DNA of 64,000 nucleotides from Candidatus Bathyarchaeota archaeon. Lineage in GTDB: Archaea; Thermoproteota; Bathyarchaeia; Bathyarchaeales; Bathycorpusculaceae. A model generated the notes under the pieces. That model did not search any database. It was not told the DNA's origin and saw only the letters and a program-made list of their open reading frames with translations. A program made the translations under genes and the position numbers. The stretch's first letter is position 1, and each line of letters begins with the position of its first letter. Positions 60,521 to 64,000 of the stretch are shown here, one piece after another. Location of the stretch: assembly GCA_963811105.1 (NCBI GenBank), contig CAWEPZ010000011.1, positions 1,248,001 through 1,312,000 of the forward strand. Direction: 5' to 3'.

Positions 60521-61066
60521 AATTACACCAAGGTTACTCCTATTCACAGTCATGTTGCCACGTCCATATATAGCAATTCACCAAAGTCATCGTCGGACCG
60601 TCACCATACCCGGGTGAAAACGCAGCCTAAAGCTGAAGAGCTTGCCCTACCTATTTTCCAGTGGTTTCTTGACTCTTGATGATTTTAGTTCTTAGACCCG
60701 ACCCCATTTCAGAGTGCATAAAACCTTGACTTTACAACAGAATTATGCTTGCGCTCAAATTCTTTTCTATCGGTTAGTCGCTATTTCTCACCTTTTTTCA
60801 TGCTTTCAGTACCCGTTCAATGATTGACATAACCAGTTTTCTAGGTAACTTACCCTTATCAAATAAGGGGCTATATGGACTACTTAGAATGTTTGTGATG
60901 ATTCTTTGTTACTTAGGAAAAACTGAAATGTTGATTGTGCATATTAGATAATCGGCGAGTTCTTAGTGAGTAAACCTAGACTTTTCAGCTTAGCACATGT
61001 GCACCTCGAAAGTTTAAGGTCGAAAGGAAAAATAAAAGATGAATTACAGATGGGGGAATAGAGGTT

Positions 61067-62245
61067 ATGAGTGCTTCCCAAGAGCTTGAGAAGAATGCAA
61101 CCAACTACGCGTTGGAAGCAGTACGCTTGGACAAGCAAGGCTCAAGGGGCATGGCAATAACCATGTACCAGAAATCCATAGAAAGCCTACTGCAACTTGT
61201 TAAACTCTATCCTGAATACGGCTTGAACAAAGTATACGTTCAAAAAGCGATCATCTACCAAGAACGCATAAAGGCGATACAAGGCGCCGTAGGTGTATTG
61301 CGTGATCAAACTCACGCAGAAGTTAGAAACGGCGGGAGTGAGGGTGAAACCAAAAAGAGTGGAGGCGGCAAGTCCAGTTACGAAGAACTGTTAGTCACAG
61401 AGAAGCTCAATGTGAAATGGGCGGAAGTCGTTGGACTGGACCCAGCAAAGAAGGCGGTGAAGGAGGCAATAATCTATCCTTTTCAGAGACCCGACCTGTT
61501 TCCATTAGGATGGCCACGGGGAATATTGTTCTTCGGGCCGCCAGGTTGCGGGAAAACATTGCTGGCAGCAGCTGTTGCTACGGAAATAGACGCTACTTTC
61601 GTCTCAATTGACGCGGCCTCTGTAATGTCAAAATGGCTGGGTGAAGCTGAACAGAATGTTGCACGCCTGTTTAGTCAAGTAAGAAAATCATCGTTGGAAG
61701 GAAAGCCTGCAATAGTCTTCGTCGATGAGGTTGACTCTTTGATGGGAAAACACGCAAATGAGGTAGGCGGCGAAATCCGTGTTCGCAACCAGTTCTTGAA
61801 AGAGATGGACGGTATCGTAGACAAGGGCAAGAATCTTCACGTGTACGTGATTGGAGCGACCAACAAGCCTTGGGATTTGGATTGGGCTTTTATAAGAAGA
61901 TTTCAGAAAAGAATTCTGGTCCCACTGCCTAACCGCGATACACGATTGATGATGTTCAAGCTCTATACTGCCAGTCTTCAACTTGCTCCAGATGTTAAGT
62001 TGCGGGAACTCGCGAGACTTTCAGAGGGATTCTCGGGAAGTGATATAAGGGATTTCAACCAGTCGGCACAGCTGAAACTCATCGGCGAGTTCTTTGAGTC
62101 AGGTAAAGCAAGCGACCGAAGGGTCAAGCCAAGGCCGTTGTCGATGGAGGATTTCAGGCAGATACTCGAGGAAAGAAAGCCCAGTGTATCCCCTGGCATG
62201 CTGGCGCTTTACGACAGATGGTTTGAAGCATTTAAGGCTCTCTAG
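61067..62245 (+). CDS. cdvC: Vps4/CdvC-like AAA ATPase with N-terminal MIT domain
   Basis: MIT pattern YALEAVRLD...AITMY..., GPPGCGKT, SKWLGE, FVDEVD, ATNKPW and RRFQKR. Confidence 0.9.
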   Translation: MSASQELEKNATNYALEAVRLDKQGSRGMAITMYQKSIESLLQLVKLYPEYGLNKVYVQKAIIYQERIKAIQGAVGVLRDQTHAEVRNGGSEGETKKSGGGKSSYEELLVTEKLNVKWAEVVGLDPAKKAVKEAIIYPFQRPDLFPLGWPRGILFFGPPGCGKTLLAAAVATEIDATFVSIDAASVMSKWLGEAEQNVARLFSQVRKSSLEGKPAIVFVDEVDSLMGKHANEVGGEIRVRNQFLKEMDGIVDKGKNLHVYVIGATNKPWDLDWAFIRRFQKRILVPLPNRDTRLMMFKLYTASLQLAPDVKLRELARLSEGFSGSDIRDFNQSAQLKLIGEFFESGKASDRRVKPRPLSMEDFRQILEERKPSVSPGMLALYDRWFEAFKAL

Positions 62246-62397
62246 AAGAAGGATGATGCTAAAAGAGTGTGTTGAAGTGTTGGGTGGATAGGTTTAGCTC
62301 GCTTCCACCAAAAGGGTTGATGCAACCTATTTTCATAAACGGAACAAATCCCAGATGAACACCCAAAACAACATCTAACGCAATGTAGATGCTGTTT

Positions 62398-62539
62398 TCC
62401 GCAATCTTGAAGAGCTGTTTGCGGAACTGGAAAAAAATTGAGCGAGAAAGACATCGCGTACTTCAAGAGCTTGAAAGAAAACGAAATAGTCAGATGCCTT
62501 AATACTCTGGGCAGGTGGATTCGCAATAATTGGGGATAA
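62398..62539 (+). pseudogene. Gene fragment, DUF6794-like
   Basis: RNLEELFAELEK / LSEKDIAYFKSLKENE...LGRWIRNNWG*, with a frameshift in an A-run. Confidence 0.45.
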
Positions 62540-62623
62540 GGGTGAGGATCTCTTGATTTTTTTAATTTAAACCTTATAAGTGTAGTAACTATTACGATTT
62601 TTTAAAAGTGAGTTGAAAAGGAC

Positions 62624-62692
62624 ATGTTTGAGGAAGAGGAAGAAGGGGAAGAAGAGTTAACCGAAGAGGATTGGGAAGAAGAGGACTGGTAA
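62624..62692 (+). CDS. Putative 22-aa ultra-acidic micropeptide
   Basis: MFEEEEEGEEELTEEDWEEEDW*; TATA-like AAACCTTATAAG about 45 bp upstream. Confidence 0.45.
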   Translation: MFEEEEEGEEELTEEDWEEEDW

Positions 62693-63052
62693 ATATATGG
62701 AAACTATGATTGTTTGCATATTTCCATGCTTTATTTGTTCATGCCAAAATAGTCAAAAAGGCAGTTAGGCAAAAAATACATTATAAAAAGCTAATGATGC
62801 TATAGCGGTGAATGATATTGGACACGAAATATTCTTTGACGCGACCGTCTCGTCGCTTAACGTCTTCTCTTTAGTCGTTGTAGAATGGAAATCGCTGCTA
62901 AAGCTTGTTTATCCCCCTAAGAAGCCTTCTTCAAGCCAATTTTATGTATCAGAGAAAAATAGGGAACGTACGGGAAGCTTCCCTATACTGGTAACGTAAG
63001 GCTTTTGTGAAGGGTATTTAGGCATCTGCTACATTATAGGAAGAGATGTTTA

Positions 63053-63613
63053 ATGCCGAAGACTAAAGCCATAATTAAGATTCAGAACATTGTTGGCTCG
63101 GCCACTTTAAATCAGAAAGTTGACTTAAACGCGGTTGTGAATAGTTATCCAACCGCAGAATATCGTCCGGACCGGTTTCCCGGATTAGTATTTAGGCTTA
63201 AGAGACCGAAGACAGCCACGCTGATTTTTAGCTCTGGTAAAATGATTTGTACAGGAGCAAAATCAGGACAGGAATTCCGCAAAGCAATCATGAAAGTTAT
63301 TAAAGAACTGAAAATGGGCGGAATAATCATTGTTAGCAAGCCGGACTTGAAGGTTGTGAACATCGTTGCTTCTGCAAGTCTAGGCGGACAGATAGATTTG
63401 GAGAAGACAGTTTCCACGCTAAGAAAAACGATGTATGAACCAGAGCAGTTTCCAGGCTTGATCTACAGGATGGACGAGCCTAAGGTGGTCATACTGATAT
63501 TCGCAACCGGGAGCCTTGTTTGTACCGGGGCGAAGAAAGAACAAGACGTTTATGACGCAGTGCATAAGCTTCATATAATATTAGAGGAACAAAACCTCAT
63601 ATTCTACGAATAA
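63053..63613 (+). CDS. tbp: TATA-box-binding protein
   Basis: Two repeats: NIVGS...YRPDRFPGLVFR...IFSSGKMICTGAKS and NIVAS...YEPEQFPGLIYR...IFATGSLVCTGAKK. Confidence 0.97.
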   Translation: MPKTKAIIKIQNIVGSATLNQKVDLNAVVNSYPTAEYRPDRFPGLVFRLKRPKTATLIFSSGKMICTGAKSGQEFRKAIMKVIKELKMGGIIIVSKPDLKVVNIVASASLGGQIDLEKTVSTLRKTMYEPEQFPGLIYRMDEPKVVILIFATGSLVCTGAKKEQDVYDAVHKLHIILEEQNLIFYE

Positions 63614-63734
63614 AACTTCATATGTCAATCGCCTATGGAAAACAAGGAATTATTATCTTTAATCGTTGAGTAAAATGATGTGGATAAAGCTGTTCATAAG
63701 TTTCTTGAATGTAAAAATTGTTGGGTAGAGTATT

Positions 63735-63914
63735 ATGGAAAACTTTGAGAGATTAAGTAATGAAATTCTCGTTAGAACCTGCTCCTGCGGCATCGTATTC
63801 GAAACGTATGATCCAAAAAAAGTGTACCATTCAAATAAATGTAGGGCAAGTTACGTTAGGAAAAGAAATGGAACCATGACAGCCCAAAGAAGGAAACTAA
63901 AGCAAAAGAAATAG
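63735..63914 (+). CDS. Small basic Cys/His zinc-finger-like protein (59 aa, below the ORF-track cutoff)
   Basis: MENFERLSNEILVRTCSCGIVFETYDPKKVYHSNKCRASYVRKRNGTMTAQRRKLKQKK*. Confidence 0.55.
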   Translation: MENFERLSNEILVRTCSCGIVFETYDPKKVYHSNKCRASYVRKRNGTMTAQRRKLKQKK

Positions 63915-64000
63915 AGGATAAAGTACTGGGCAAGGTTTAGCTGTTAATTTAGACCTTAGTTTACGCAATAACATAAGTTTAAATGAATTTATGAGCAAAG

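Overview
Archaeal genomic window, most likely Bathyarchaeia. The assignment is inferred from gene content: archaeal ribosomal proteins, class I LysRS, CofD, Fae-Hps, a secreted PQQ-like beta-propeller, and the integrase style. Bases 1-44 kb are mostly core genome: a glycogen/GH57 cluster, serS, eS1, moaE, cofD, lysS, an SPFH/zinc-ribbon operon, an ABC exporter, tmk, an HD hydrolase, an M32 peptidase, fae-hps, the eS6-aIF2g-rpoE'-spt4-eS24-eS31 cluster and uL3-uL4-uL23-uL2-uS19. Three tRNAs are present: Arg-GCG, Glu-TTC and an intron-containing Ser-CGA. An accessory island starts at tRNA-Ser (44.05 kb). The 28-bp tRNA 3' end recurs three more times, each copy preceded by the same 13-mer with a palindromic core. 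These copies delimit three integrase-less cargo segments: NikR plus a metal ABC transporter, a PAS histidine kinase, and hcp plus a regulator. They are followed by a decayed tyrosine integrase, a DUF3800 pseudogene with a downstream structured RNA, and a TRAM / two thermosome / Vps4 / TBP cluster. Other notable signals are a dispersed non-coding element (helically phased 10-bp repeats plus a conserved ~49-bp tail) present twice, an HTH-Fae-Hps fusion, a divergent uL2 PTC loop and an ultra-acidic micro-ORF. All calls come from reading motifs by eye; no database searches were run.
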